From Catajapyx aquilonaris (Eukaryota): a DNA stretch of 47,424 nt. The notes under the pieces are model-generated. The model was not told the DNA's origin, ran no database searches, and saw nothing but the letters and a program-made list of their open reading frames with translations. The translations under genes and the position numbers were made by a program. Positions 34,206-46,971 of this stretch are shown piece by piece. Each line of letters begins with the position of its first letter. Positions within the stretch are counted from its first letter, which is position 1. The DNA is taken from positions 1 to 47,424 of the forward strand of contig JYFJ02003009.1 of NCBI GenBank assembly GCA_000934665.2, read 5' to 3'.

Positions 34206-37200
34206 TCAGTCATTTTCGTCATCGTCTGCTGCATTGTCCTCTGACTCCTCTGCAGGTTCTGCCTCCTCGCTGCCTTTGTATGACGCTTCTTCTGAAGGTG
34301 TCATACCTTCCTCACTGCCCTTCTTGCTACGATCTGATTCACCTTGCTTATCCTCGTCATCCTCATCCTGCGCAGCCAGCTCAGCTGCCATGTCCACTGA
34401 GTCCACGCTCTCAGCATCCTCCTCATCCTCCGCCTGCTCTTTGCGCCTCTCTTTAAGGTAGAACCTAGCGTCTTCCGTTTCCTCGCCAGTGACCATTTCC
34501 TTGTCAATCCGTCTCACGGTTGATATGTTACTTATCAGCTCCATTCTGTAAGATGCCGACCCATGGCAGTAGAGATTTTTTTGAATTGAAAAATGTGACA
34601 TTACCTGTAATTTTCATCCTCACTGATCGGATTACCATCAAATAGGACTGTGGCGAGACTGACCAACGGCGGAATCTTTCGGGTTAATTTGATTTTGTCA
34701 ATCTTGTTGTTCCTGAAGAAGGACTGGCTTTAGTACACGACATTTGACTTACAGCGAGAGACCATACCTTGCATTGATGTACGTCAGTCTCACCAAGTCC
34801 TCATTCAGCCCTTTCAGGTTCACCAGGAAGTTGTCTCGAATGTGCAGGATTTCCAGGTTGACCATCCCCTCTAGCCCCACGATCTTCTTGATCCTATTCT
34901 GCGCCTGTTGAGGAAATGTCACCGTTCAATGTGTCTGTTGTAAAGTGTACCAAAACAACAATTGTTGGTAAAGTTTGCAACAATTGCGTACCAGGAACAG
35001 CCTCACAATGCTGGGAAGCCCCATGCCATGGGTCGTCTCCAACATGTTCTTGCGCAGCTCCAACTGCACCAGGCTAGGCAACGCACCCGGAAGCAACAGC
35101 ACAGTTTCGATCCTGTTATCTGTAAACATTTACGAGACATTCAGTGCCATACAAGTCTTAATTTCAATATATTGAAGTTTGAACTCCCGCGTTTTCAGAG
35201 GACTAGTTCAATTTCAAGCCAACAGATGGCAGCGGTTGCGTCACCGAGCCGTCGCTACATCTGGCGGCCAATTCGGACACCACATGAAACCGCGGTGGGA
35301 AATTCGAAAATGTCATTAACACCAATCGTGAAATATTGACGAAGCAATTAATTAGACGCCATTATCCACCATTTCCGCTCTTATTTTCCGAGCCATTCCG
35401 CGCAGGAAGCTCGTGGCAGGAAACGGGTGAAATCATGCATCTATAGAGTGAGTGTGTAAAAAAAAAAAGGTCAGAAGGTGAGATGGGTGGAAAATAAAAG
35501 GAGGCGGTCGAAAATTCTCCCGTCACTCTTGGGCGCCACAACGATTACCCTTGGAAGACGCCCGATTGCGAGCAAGTACCATAAACTAAAGGGGGAAGAA
35601 GAAGTGTTTGGAGGAGGCCAGCGGCCGTTTCGTTCTGCACCAGGTCTCTTCTTGGGAACATCTGTGTCGGGGAGTAGTCTCCGCCCATCCGGTCCCACCC
35701 CGACCCCCATCTCCACTTCCCACATCATTTTCTATTCACAGTCTCGAAGCAGTGTAATTGAAGGCGTAATTTACAAAGCGGCAGGGAAAACCCAACTATA
35801 CTCCCCATCCGAGAGAGAGAGAAAAAAAAGAAAGAAAATGTAGCGAAATTATCGAATTACCTCATGAATATGCAAAAATACCCCGTTGCATTTTCGGTGC
35901 CATGTTTAGCTGCAATAATTTCCCCTCTTCCCAACCAGCAAACAACTGATTTTCCACCTCCCCTTCCAATGTTTGTCTTGTGGCACCAGTTGTCGCTCCA
36001 TATGTAAGCCCCCCCGTCAGCCGCCACCAGCACCGTGTGTGCCTTCACTTTTTTTTATTTTTGTTTTTTAAAAGGAAGAGGACAGGAAATCCTTGACAAG
36101 CACCAAATTATGTGGGAGTGGCACTACGACCCATATGCATTTTTAGGAGGATGCAACACCTGACGAAATGATGCATACACCTCCGAGGCGTGGTTTCGAA
36201 GTTTCTTCGGGGCGGTGGTAGAGACCCTCGAAAAGAACAGAGCATAGACACTCCGGAGGAAACAACCTCATTCCCCATTGTGTCCTCATCCATAAGCAGG
36301 TGCTATAAACATTAGGAGTGTCTTTTTGGGATGATGGTGGTGGTTGATGAGAGGGGGGGGGGGGAGTAATCATATTCTCATTGTTTCCAGTGTGTACTGT
36401 TAACTGGGTGCGTGTAGGCTGCTCTAATGATGCCATGCTCTGTGATTATGGGCCGGGTTTGCTTTGGAATTGAAACGAAAGATGTGTCAAATAAGTAGGG
36501 TCTTTGACTTTAAGGGGATGTTGGGTGCGCCGTACCTTTGCTAAGCGTGTACCCAAGACGTGTAACTGGCACCGACTCCCTCAGAAAAAGATTCATGTCT
36601 GCGACACGTGATGACTTACAACCGTCATATTACTTGGGAAGTAGAAGCTCCGTTCATTATTTTTAAAGCCGCGTTCTGCTGCCAAGTGGGAAAGGCCAGT
36701 GGGCATTAATGTGTCGTTACCTCACTTCTTTCGCAAAGAGGAAACGTGGTTACTTTCCAACTTTTACCGCCTGCTTAGTGGCGTCTTTGTCAGCACTCAA
36801 ATTGGTGGGGGCCATCTTCCTCCCCCCAAAAAACAAAAAAAAACTTGTAAACTGAAAAAAAAATTAGGTGAATATTATTTATCTGCGACTCGTCAACTTT
36901 AATGCAATATTTGATGTTACCTGTCGGGTTCGTGAATTTTTAAGGACGGTCAAAAAATGTGTGCCGGTGGGGATTAATTTTGGACTTTTAGGAGTAATAA
37001 CAATATATTATTCATGCAGATCTCCTGGCAGCAGTTTTTAGCCGGCTTGAAAAATAGAACGAGTCTATTTGGAAGCGTAATGACCGTCATAAAAGACGGT
37101 TTAAATGCCGCCATTATTATCGTGTTATGCAGTAAGGTCCTAGAGTGAAACCTTGTGCACATCTACTAAATCTCTCGGAGAGGAGATTCTATTTTTGAAG

Positions 37201-40200
37201 CAACCAATGTCACTTTGGGAGAAAAAACTGCGAAAAACTTCTCACATTACGCAACCATTTTTTAAAAAGGAATAATTCTGTGTGAATATTTCCCTATAGT
37301 TGAAAGTGGGACTTTTTTTTTTTTTTGAACATAGATACGTACATATACTCGCAAAACCAGCCCGTGGGCAAGCAGCCGGATTTTTTTTTCTCCCTATCAG
37401 TATAAAAGCCGGGAAGGGATGAAGATTAATGACTCCGAAAATGGCCGAAGGTTGACGTTTTTCTCTTCGTCCATTTTTTTTTCTTGGAAAAAAAGAGAAG
37501 GAGAAGGCATAGGGTTGACAAGGACAGCGAAACGTGGGACAAGAATGACACTGAGGGAATTCCTCTTCTTCCTAATTTTTTTTTCCTCTCGTCTTTCTTC
37601 TTTCTTCAAGTTTCTCCTGGCCGCCCCCCTTTTTTTTCTATACCATCCTCGTCGAATCTAGATGTCGGAGACGCGGTAGACAAACCTTTCAAGTAAGGTC
37701 AAAACGAATTGCATTTTCCGCCTTCTAAGCTTTTTCCTATGTATCTATGAAAAGTGTTCCTTGAAGCGCGGAGGAAATGAAGAAGGATTTCTTGATCGCA
37801 AACCCCTTTTTCCAAAAAAGCTATTCTCATCCTGATTTACTGTTTCGAATACATCAGTCNGGGTGGCTTCTTTTCTGTTTTCCATCGGCCGCAACAGATT
37901 CGTCGGTTTCACGGTACGCAATTTTGTTAGGTGTACACATAGCAAGGAATGTGTAGGTGCATCGGGAACAGATCTATCTCTGGCAAACTTGATTGGCATT
38001 ACCCCTAAGAGCGACTCGTGCCAAACTGCTGAAAATCCATCTGTGTGTGACCACGCCCTTATACTATTTTTTTTTTTGAAGGACCCAAGAATTAGATACC
38101 CATCGATGAGCAAAGGTTTTGCACCCGAAGCGATGACGAGTACGTTGTGCATTTCGAACGATCCATCATTTTCAGGAGGTGAGGTAGATTATGTGACAAG
38201 CAGGCCTCAAAGAAGCCATCATTCATTTTGACTGCATGAGGTGTGCTAGAATCTTGAAGAATATTGAATAGCGGTGCTGGTGAATTTTTCAAAAAACGGC
38301 GGAGAAGATAACGAACCGGATTATTTTCGGCGAAACTAACCCCCCCTCTATACCCCCCACCCACCTTCCGGTTTGTTTTTTTGGGGCAGGCCAAAGTGAG
38401 GTGTAAGTCGTCACCTGTAATCCTGCTCCTTTTTCACTTTCCATGATTCACCCTCAGGTTGGCTGGCAGAGCCCAAATTGCGGCCAGGAGGTGAGTGCCA
38501 AATGGGAGGCAAGTGAAAGATGTCCACTTTTGCAGCAAACATTGCTTAGTGCCAGCAATTAGGTGGGACTTAAAAAACATAGATTCAAACACTTTGATTT
38601 ATTTCATCAAGGTCGGGCTATGAATTTTTTTTTCCACGATTAATTGAAATTAATTTTCGTGCAAATTCTGATCACGAAACGATTGTATTGTGGGCGAGAT
38701 AGATAAAGGTCTGAGGTCGACTAGAAAATCGAAAAAAAAAACTGTAAAAAAAAGGTGGGCTCGTAATACTATTAGCAACATTGCGAGCAATTAGCTTATC
38801 AGCTGCAAAAATAATCTCATTTCATGTTGCCAGCGCGCATTTAGTGGATCGCTAATATGGGTTTTTACGCTACCGTATATTTACCCCGCTAATAAGCGTA
38901 ATTATGATGTATCTGAGCCTGCAAATGTGGACTAATAACACAGCGTTTCGAACTGGTTACATACGCCCCACACATCATCGATTTCGGTGCGGACCCAGGC
39001 ATTTATTACGTTTGTTCTCATCCTCGCATTGATATGTAAGACCACGAGGGCAGCATCAGCTCGATGGGTCTCTCTCTATATATATACGGGGGGCCTCCGA
39101 TCCCGGTTTTATCCTGCAGTCTTGTTTTACCGATTTTTTGGAGGGGCGGGGGACCTCCTGCATTCTTCCCGCATTCATTTGTCATCTGGGTCTTTGACAG
39201 TGCTTGGCCTTCTCTTCTCCAGAAAAGATGCCCGGATTTTTTTCTTTTTCTTTCATTCTTGAGACAAGTTGAGAGCCAAACGGCGACTTAGCAGGACTAC
39301 CAACTTGTGGTCATCCAGAAAATATAGGATGTGTGGGAATATTGCAGACATATTTTGCCATTCTGTACAATACTCCCGCTAGATGGCAACGTCTCAGCTG
39401 CCATCTGCCGGAACCCCAATTAGTGCTGGCCATGAATGGATCCGCCTTAAGCAATGGCACTTCCTGGTCCCATTCAAAAAAATTCGACGCCCCCTAAATT
39501 CGAACCTGCTTTCCGGTTAGCCTGGGCCAATTCGATAGGAAGCAATTCGTGAAATGTCAGCCGTAGTGGTCCGAGCAGGTAGCCTACACCACACGTGCTG
39601 TAAAAATAGACAAGACGTATGTGCAAGATCCTTCTGGACCACCACAAAAAAAAAGTCACGGAACCCACCCTTTTCCTTGCTGTACTTGCCAGAATTTCCG
39701 CACAGTTTAGCTTGATGAACTGCCAGGGGGAGGTGGAGATACTGCATATATCCCATACACTCCAAGCCGGACTATTAAGTCGCCAAGTGTGACAAAATTG
39801 CACCTACCACTAATAAACACCCAAAAAAAAAAATCTGGCCAATTTTGGTCAGTTGGTAACAGATCCCATTTCTAAACTGCCTGTCCTTCAGTCCGATACC
39901 ATCTTTTTTTTGTATCCGGAAACGCCCTCCGAAAAAAGGGTAAATCGCTTGTCCGATTCGAACCATTTTTCATCGTTTCTAGAGATTAGAAGCGCAGTGG
40001 GTTACATAGTCGGCGCCCAGAAATCCACATAAATTGCAGCCGGATTGGGATCCTTCTTTCTGGCTACCTGACCATGAGGGTTTTACACATACAAAAAAAG
40101 AAAAGAAAAGAGGACGGAAAGGACCTTTCTGGCTATTCTTCTAGCCTGTCTGATTTGAAAAGAGGACGGCGGAAAGGGTTAAAGGCAAACGCACCGTCCG

Positions 40201-43200
40201 AGTAGCCGTGCATACAAATTTGATCAAATTCACTCAACTCGAAGCAATTCAAGAAAAGCGGAGGAAAAACCGGTCTGATTGAAGCACACCTGAAGAGGGG
40301 GGGAATTCAGAACCTTTTTTTTCCCATTTCAATTTTTTTAAAGATGGAAGGGGGGGGGGGGGGNGCCTATTCATCGGCCGCAACCCTTTTGTGGATTTTA
40401 AGCCTTTTCTTGCTCAAAAAGTGCGCGGACTGGCGTGAAGGATGATGTGCTGGGTTGGATGCTCCAGAAAAGATTTATTTTTATTATCTTCCGGGTAGGG
40501 GGGGGGAAATTTTTGGTTCGATTCATCCTTTACCCGCGCGGGGTCCCCACCGCGATTCTTCATTTGGGTGGCATCTTCCAGCTGGATGCAGGCAAAACAG
40601 CTCAGGTGGATAATTCAATGGTTTTGTGGGAGCTGGAAGGACCACTGGCTTTTCTAGCTCGCACGTGTTCCGACTACTCAAAAACCGGGTTTGCAGACCA
40701 GTCTCCGGGGACAAAACATTGTTTAAAAACTCGTCCGGACTTTATCATAGACACCTTTTAAGAGCTGGAGAAATGCGCGTAAGAAGTGTCCTCCGAAGGG
40801 CAACTTTTGGTATAATAACTGTGTGCACATTGAAATTGGGCACCCTCGGGCTACTTTTCATGTGTGGTCTCCGGTACCCCCCACGTAAATATCCCTGCTA
40901 TAAATTAGAGAAACCTGTATAAATGGTCCAATTTGGAACGAAGGGGGCAATAGTGGTTGGAGGTCGAGAACTCACAAAACTGTATTAATATTGCGATTAA
41001 AAAACGGTTAAGTGCAAATAAAGGAGTATGAAGAGCAACTTTATTACTGGGACGGTGATTAATTGTCGCGTAATGATCCTCACGCCTGACTGGTGATGAA
41101 ACACGGTGATTATTTTGGAAAATAATAATGATGATCAGACGGCCAAGACCCCCCACTTGCCTCCACCCCTTTTTCTTACGTTTTTTCCTAATCTTAAAAG
41201 GCGGTCTGCGTCGCGTATCACCGGGAACAGTCACGATTCCATCCTTAGCTCTGCGTCTAACGAATGGTGAAGCATTTATTACACCCGCAGTCTGTTTGGC
41301 ATGACGTCCAACCCAGAGGCTTAGACCCATCATCTTCCAGAGCGCCTATTTGTTATTAAAGCTGGTGACCTCAAAATGGAAGTCATTAACGGGTAATTGC
41401 AGATGTGCCAAGTGCTGTGGTGTACTGTATGTTCAGATGATTTTTTGAACAGCGACTGGATTCAAAACATGGCCGGAAATATTTTTTATATGGCCTACTG
41501 TATAGATGTATCAGTACGCATATGAATGAAGATTTTACAGCCAGCAATAATTATTGGTTGGGGTGATAATTAAAACGGCGTCGTTTGAGTTGTTCAGACG
41601 CTTTTTTAATGGCCTTATCATGATGTATCGAATATTTAATGTTTATTTCCGGATGAAGAAATCATAATAAATACCCAGCTTTGCCCGGGTGTATTGTGAT
41701 GTGTAGGACTAGTAGGGGTATATGCAAGAATGAAATACAGTACATTTCATATAACTTACATAGCAGCCCTATGTACTTCATTTTCTGTACATGACGGTAT
41801 ACTTTGATATGCTTAAAACTGGACCTATGGGCCATTGTACGTATAGTAGGCTAATAAGCCAAAGTGTTTTCATTGCCTCATCTGAGAAGGTCAATCACGC
41901 CTCGGTTAGTTTCTATAGGGGACAAACTCACCAACTCACAAACTTCCTAAAATATATAGATGTATGGTAAGATTGTGGACATACAAGTGAAACACACTGT
42001 AGCAAAAAACAAGTTTCAAAAAATCAAAAACCAAATCATATACAAAGAGAAAATTCTGGCTTGCTGGCTCATTACGGATCTTTATGACTAAAATGGCATG
42101 CACTTCCACGATAAATTGTAAACATCTGGAAAGCGGTGCAGAGAGCAAATTTTGCAAATTTCTTTGGTGATCTCGTGTTTTTGGAGGCCTGCAAAATCCC
42201 CCGCATTTTGCAAACCATGTTCCATCGCGTGCCTGTTGAATGCAATGAATGGGAGCCTTATTATGCTCAGCAATATGTTCATCCTCGTTTTTTTATCCAG
42301 AGGGTTTTTATTTAGTTGAACGTGGGAAATTCCATACTCACGGGTATTTGGAGAAAGAAAAGAGACCCCCCCCCAATTTGGGGGCTGGAGCCTGGCTGAT
42401 AAGAGAATGCAAAGGGCATTATGGTTTTGAAAGGGGAACAAATAGCAGGCTTGCGTCTAATACACAGTCAAGGGCAAGCTCGTTTTTCCACCCATTGAAC
42501 TAAGCGAAATGTGCAAAAAAAAAAAGTATGTTAAAAGGGGCTTTCACCACGGACCAAATGGTTATTAATTTATCCCCGCGATCTGCTACGGACAATTTTT
42601 TTGCCATTTTTTTCTTTCTAGATTACAAATAATCAGCAATTAAACCCACCCACACTTTTTGGTTATTCTTACCTCGTGACTTGTACTCACAGCTTGTTCA
42701 TATTTCACGTCCCTTTTTTTTTTCTCAGGCTCTCACCGCCCCGTTTTTCTTGGCATTTGCAAAACGCTGGCCATGTTTTCCGAGTCAAATAATGTTATTA
42801 GTAGTGTTGGTTAACACGGCACTTCACAGCTCGGGGGTCTATGTCTCGCTATTTGCGGTTCTCTCCCGGCTGGAAACGTGTGAAAACTGCACAATATCTC
42901 AGGTTGTTTGTTCAGTGTCAGAAGGGTTATACTCTCTTAGCTCGTTTCTTTTTTGTTGTTTTTGCGGCTAATTTTATTCACGCTCACGATTCGAAAAACA
43001 TTGCTTTCCTGCCTCTTGAAGAAAACCAGCTCGGAAAAAGATGGCATCCTGGCGAGTGAGATGGGAGTCGACAAAAATTGTGGGGGCCTGGAAAATCACT
43101 ATAAGTTACACTCTCTTTTTTTATGAGGGGGGCTCCCAAATATGGAACCTCCTGTGGGTCTGATTCTGACGTGGTCCCGTGTCAAGGATTGTCGCCTCTA

Positions 43201-46169
43201 ATAATGCGACCAGACAGCTGGGCTCGACTTCTTGACCCATCAGAGTGCATTAAAAACCATCAACGCCACTTGTGGCAGCTGCTGAGGGGTTGACATTGTT
43301 AGAGAGAAAAAATGGACCTCAATAATTGCATGCTTTTTTGATCGTGTCCTCACCTTATGGAATTTAATATGTACCTGTACGTGACTAAAACCGTGATTGT
43401 TCAGGATAGACGGGAATTCCCCGCTTAAAAAAAATAATTATAATAGGCGATTCGCAATTGATTTGGACTTTGGCCAGAAGCAAGCTAATGGCGTCACGAA
43501 GAAGAATGGAATGGCGCATAATTTGTCTTAATCAGTATCCGGGTTTGTGGGAAGGGATGATGGTCGGACTCAATTTTTTTTTTGTTCATTTTAAACGGGG
43601 CCATGAATTAAAGGAGATTGCAGTTATTAGATGGCGAATTGAAAGGTCTTTTTCGGTTATGGAAACGTTGCGCTTATTAGCTGTAATATGGTGACGCAAT
43701 CGCGGCCCACGAATTAAACGCGGTTTTTGATTTTTCCTATTGACTGTTGGAGGGGGGGATTGGCTCAACAAATAAATTAATTAAATAAAACGCGGTCTTT
43801 CGAACCAGAAATGTTCATGAATCATTGTGTGCTAAGTACTTACGGTTGAGGATGAGTGTTTGCAGCTTTGGGTGCGAAATCCCTTCAGTTGACGAGATGA
43901 GATTCCGAGACAAATCCAAGTACTGCAAACAAAAGAAAACGAATCATCAGGCAGAAAATTTCTTGCATGTCATTTTACAGCATAACTGCAAAAAAAAGGG
44001 CTGCTTATTAATTCCGGACGAATCAACAGCGTATTATCCACAAAAGGATTGGGGGGCTTTCCCCATGTAACAGGACTTTTTCGTGCGCGATTGTGTCCAC
44101 AACAAAGGGCACTGTTACCCGAATAACAAACGGACCGAATTAGGCGAAGAATGAAGGAAAAAAAATTCCTGGCAACTAGAGTTTTTCGAACCGTGACCCC
44201 TACTTCTTCTTCTTCTGGGGGCCGGATGAAACACTTACTTGAGGAACATGACATCAACAAGTCTTTTGTTGATTGCAGTGCTTTTGACGTTAACACGTGT
44301 TTTCACAGGGAGCATCGACCTTTCTTGATCGAGTCCAGCCTTAAAAAGATCTGCTCCGCTCATTTGCATGCCCTGCCGGATGCTTGCGAGGTTTAAAAAA
44401 TTGGGAACTTTTATTCCCCAGGAAGCGCGTGTTTTTTATATAAACAATTGCTGTTGAAAACGGCACCGCCAGCTTTTTTTGTGTGTGCATGCTAGCAAAT
44501 TCAGCGTTTTGCCATGTGCAAAAATGTGTAGACTCCCTATTTGCGGAGCGGAAATGCCACAGAATCCGACAGACAGGACAGGTTCGCATTTCAAGGCGTT
44601 ACCTGACTCCCGCGAAGCGACAAAAACTCCCCGCGAAGCGACAAAACGACATCTTTTTACATGCTGTAGGTTTCTAAGGTCGGCAAAAAAAAAAATCTGT
44701 TTGTGTTGGCCACTGCCCGTCTTTTTTTCTACCCGTTTGTTTACCATCCTACTTGCGGGGACAAGACATTTAGATTTGGACTGTAGCGGGGGTGTGGTGT
44801 ACTAGGCTTTGAGAGTCTGCCAATTTGCAAGGTGAATGATGGGGAGCAAATGAGCCGCCGATACCACGTCCGGATTCTAAAATAAAGGGCCTGTTTTATA
44901 AAGGTCCTAGTTTCCGCCTTTGTCCTGCCCACTTGCCGACTCGAATTGTTCCGTGTTTTGCTAAACAGCCAATAAACTTGGGGATCGGGACCTCTCTTTT
45001 TTATACTGCTGTGGAAGGTTTGTGAGCCAACTTCCGAAATAAGCCAAGGGAGGGCAGAAAAATAATGAGCATTCTGCGGTCAACCACAAAATGAAACATG
45101 CCTGCGGTTTTGTCAACACTAGTTAATATGCGAAGAGTCGGTCAATATACTGCTCACAGTTGAAAAAGAGGTGCAAGCAGGATTTGGATCAAAATGTTTA
45201 AAATTTTTAGAGTAGGTCATTAACTCATTATCATCGGTACGAATCATTCAGACAACAGGAAATTCCGATTTCGTTGTCTCGATTGGACCCTTGGTCCATA
45301 TATTAGAAATATGAATTTGACTATATTGTTCTGTTGCTTGAATTGGAGTTAAAGAGTTGGAACAGACAAACGGTTGGAATGTGGGGCAATAGTTTGTTCT
45401 CACAGGGATCGATAGTCGGACGTCTTCTGCTTTCTCCACGAGTCTGGAGATTGAGGCAGGTCCAGGAAACCCACAGCTGCTCCAGTCCCCTTTTCCCCCC
45501 TTTTTTCCAGAAAGGTGTCCCAAGTAACTCGAGTTGGTGGGAAAAGTCTCCCTTTTTTCGCGCGCCCTTTGAGACTTTTTCCCTCACTTGGCTGAGCGAC
45601 AGAATCATAATTTGTAAAGCTAAACCCCAGCCAGTCTGGGAGCTGACGTGGAAGTATGGCCAGAACTGTTGCCTTTTTTTATGGACCGAAGGGGGACCTC
45701 TTGTCAACACGAAGCATGATTTTTTGGCAAAAAGAGGGGCTCACCTGCAAGTACGGAAGGGCTGGGATGTAGGGTGATATCAGATTGTTCTTGAGTGCTT
45801 TGATGACCAGAAGGTGGGTCAAGGCTCCGAGAGGTGAGAGGTCAGTCAGACGATTGACAGACACATCCACGTACCGCAAGTGTATGAACGCAGACATCAC
45901 TGATATGTCGATCAGCCGCCTAATTTCATGAGGTAATATTGGCAATTATTGTCCAGCTCATTTTAATTGTGCTATACTCACTTTCGGTTGGCCTCGAACT
46001 TGACGTATGCGTGTTCCAGACCGTTTGCGGTTTTGCAGAGAAGAGAGAGATATTTTCCTGCATCCTGAAAGGACAAGCTGGTGTCCTGGAGAGGAACACC
46101 CTCACTGCCTTCTTCCTCTTCCTCCTCTTCCTGCTCCTCTTCTCCCTCCGGAGCCTCCTCGTCGTCCAT
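34206..46169 (-). CDS. LRRC23: Leucine-rich repeat-containing protein 23 (axonemal radial spoke protein); 7 coding exons, about 384 aa
   Basis: Exons 46169-45982, 45919-45745, 43922-43844, 35119-34992, 34904-34768, 34712-34605 and 34545-34206 (1155 nt in frame). Acidic N-terminus, LSLLCKTANGLEHAYVK, FIHLRYVDVSVNRLTDLSPL, LPYLQ and TEGISHPKLQTLILN match LRRC23. The 79-nt exon at 43844-43922 is not in the ORF track but supplies the required phase. Probable 5' UTR intron at 46170-46232. Confidence 0.9.
35223..35267. promoter_or_regulatory. Inverted pair of CTCF-like motifs
   Basis: CAGATGGCAGC (+, 35223-35233) and CCGCCAGATGTAGCG (-, 35253-35267). Confidence 0.45.
39376..39411. promoter_or_regulatory. 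Inverted pair of CTCF-like motifs
   Basis: CCGCTAGATGGCAAC (+, 39376-39390) and CCGGCAGATGGCAGC (-, 39397-39411). Confidence 0.55.
44606..44646. repeat. About 21-bp tandem duplication
   Basis: ACTCCC(C)GCGAAGCGACAAAA occurs twice head-to-tail. Confidence 0.85.
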
Positions 46170-46342
46170 CTAGGACACACGCTATTTCCACACCATAATT
46201 CATTTCAAATAAAACACAGCAATTGATCTTACCTTCGAAGTTTGCCCTAATTATCGACCGTACTTTCAAAGAAAGTGAATAAAATCGAACCGTTTGATGT
46301 AAACAGCCTTCTCGGAGCATTGTTGACATGTTGGCTACATTT

Positions 46343-46356
46343 GCTACCAAGGTAAC
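46343..46356. promoter_or_regulatory. RFX X-box upstream of LRRC23
   Basis: GCTACC-AA-GGTAAC fits the RYYNYY-WW-RRNRAC X-box pattern and lies about 175 nt upstream of the ATG of a ciliary gene. Confidence 0.6.
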
Positions 46357-46468
46357 CGCATAGTTGGCAATGGCAGGGTCCCCTACATGGTTGCCTCCCC
46401 CACCCTAACCTAGGTGGGTGGCACTCATGTAGGTGACCCTGGGCAATGGCGGCCTGACTTATTAATTA

Positions 46469-46620
46469 CAGTTCAATCCTAATATAACAGACTTCAAGGG
46501 ACCGCGGAAATCAGTCTGTTATAACCAAAGGTCTGTTATTATAGCCGAATATGGAAGTTTGCATGGACCGGCCTTTCGAGTATGTTATAACCGAAAGTCT
46601 GTTATATCCAGATTCAACTG
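46469..46620. mobile_element. Tigger/pogo-type MITE
   Basis: TIRs CAGTTCAATCCTAATATAACAGACTT versus CAGTTGAATCTGGATATAACAGACTT (reverse complement of the right end), TA on both sides, internal GTTATAACC repeats; 152 bp. Confidence 0.8.
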
Positions 46621-46952
46621 TAAATAATTATTCATTTAAAATATATTTCACACATTTGCGCCTCTATATAATATTTAGGGAGTAATTTTACATGAAACTG
46701 AATGGCGCCTCACCAGCCAACGCCTGGTCTGCAAATTTACATCCACTTTTTTGTGACGAGTTTTGATTGAAGTTGTGGCAAAATTGCACGCTAAATCCCG
46801 CCTTATTTGTAGTTGTCCCGGAAACAATGCAAAAAAGGCGCTAATGCTGCATATTGCCCAAACACAGCGTTTATTTGCCAAAAAATTCATCCGGGGGGCG
46901 GGCCTGTAGGAATATTCTGCAGATTCCCCCCACAGTGCTGCACATACAAACG

Positions 46953-46971
46953 ACACACACACACACACACA
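46953..46971. repeat. (AC)9 microsatellite
   Basis: Direct read of the sequence. Confidence 0.9.

Noticed and set aside
38987..39262. 91-aa ORF with a signal-peptide-like start as a standalone secreted peptide
   Set aside because: Starts at GTG and has no recognisable mature peptide; kept only as a candidate exon.
39490..39540. Minus-strand GGTTCGAAT, B-box-like or tRNA-like
   Set aside because: No cloverleaf could be formed.
37860..40364. Single N bases at 37860 and 40364
   Set aside because: Assembly ambiguities, not biological features.
41270..41369. Minus-strand VTSFNNK segment as the missing LRRC23 exon
   Set aside because: In-frame stop; the exon at 43844-43922 fits sequence and phase.
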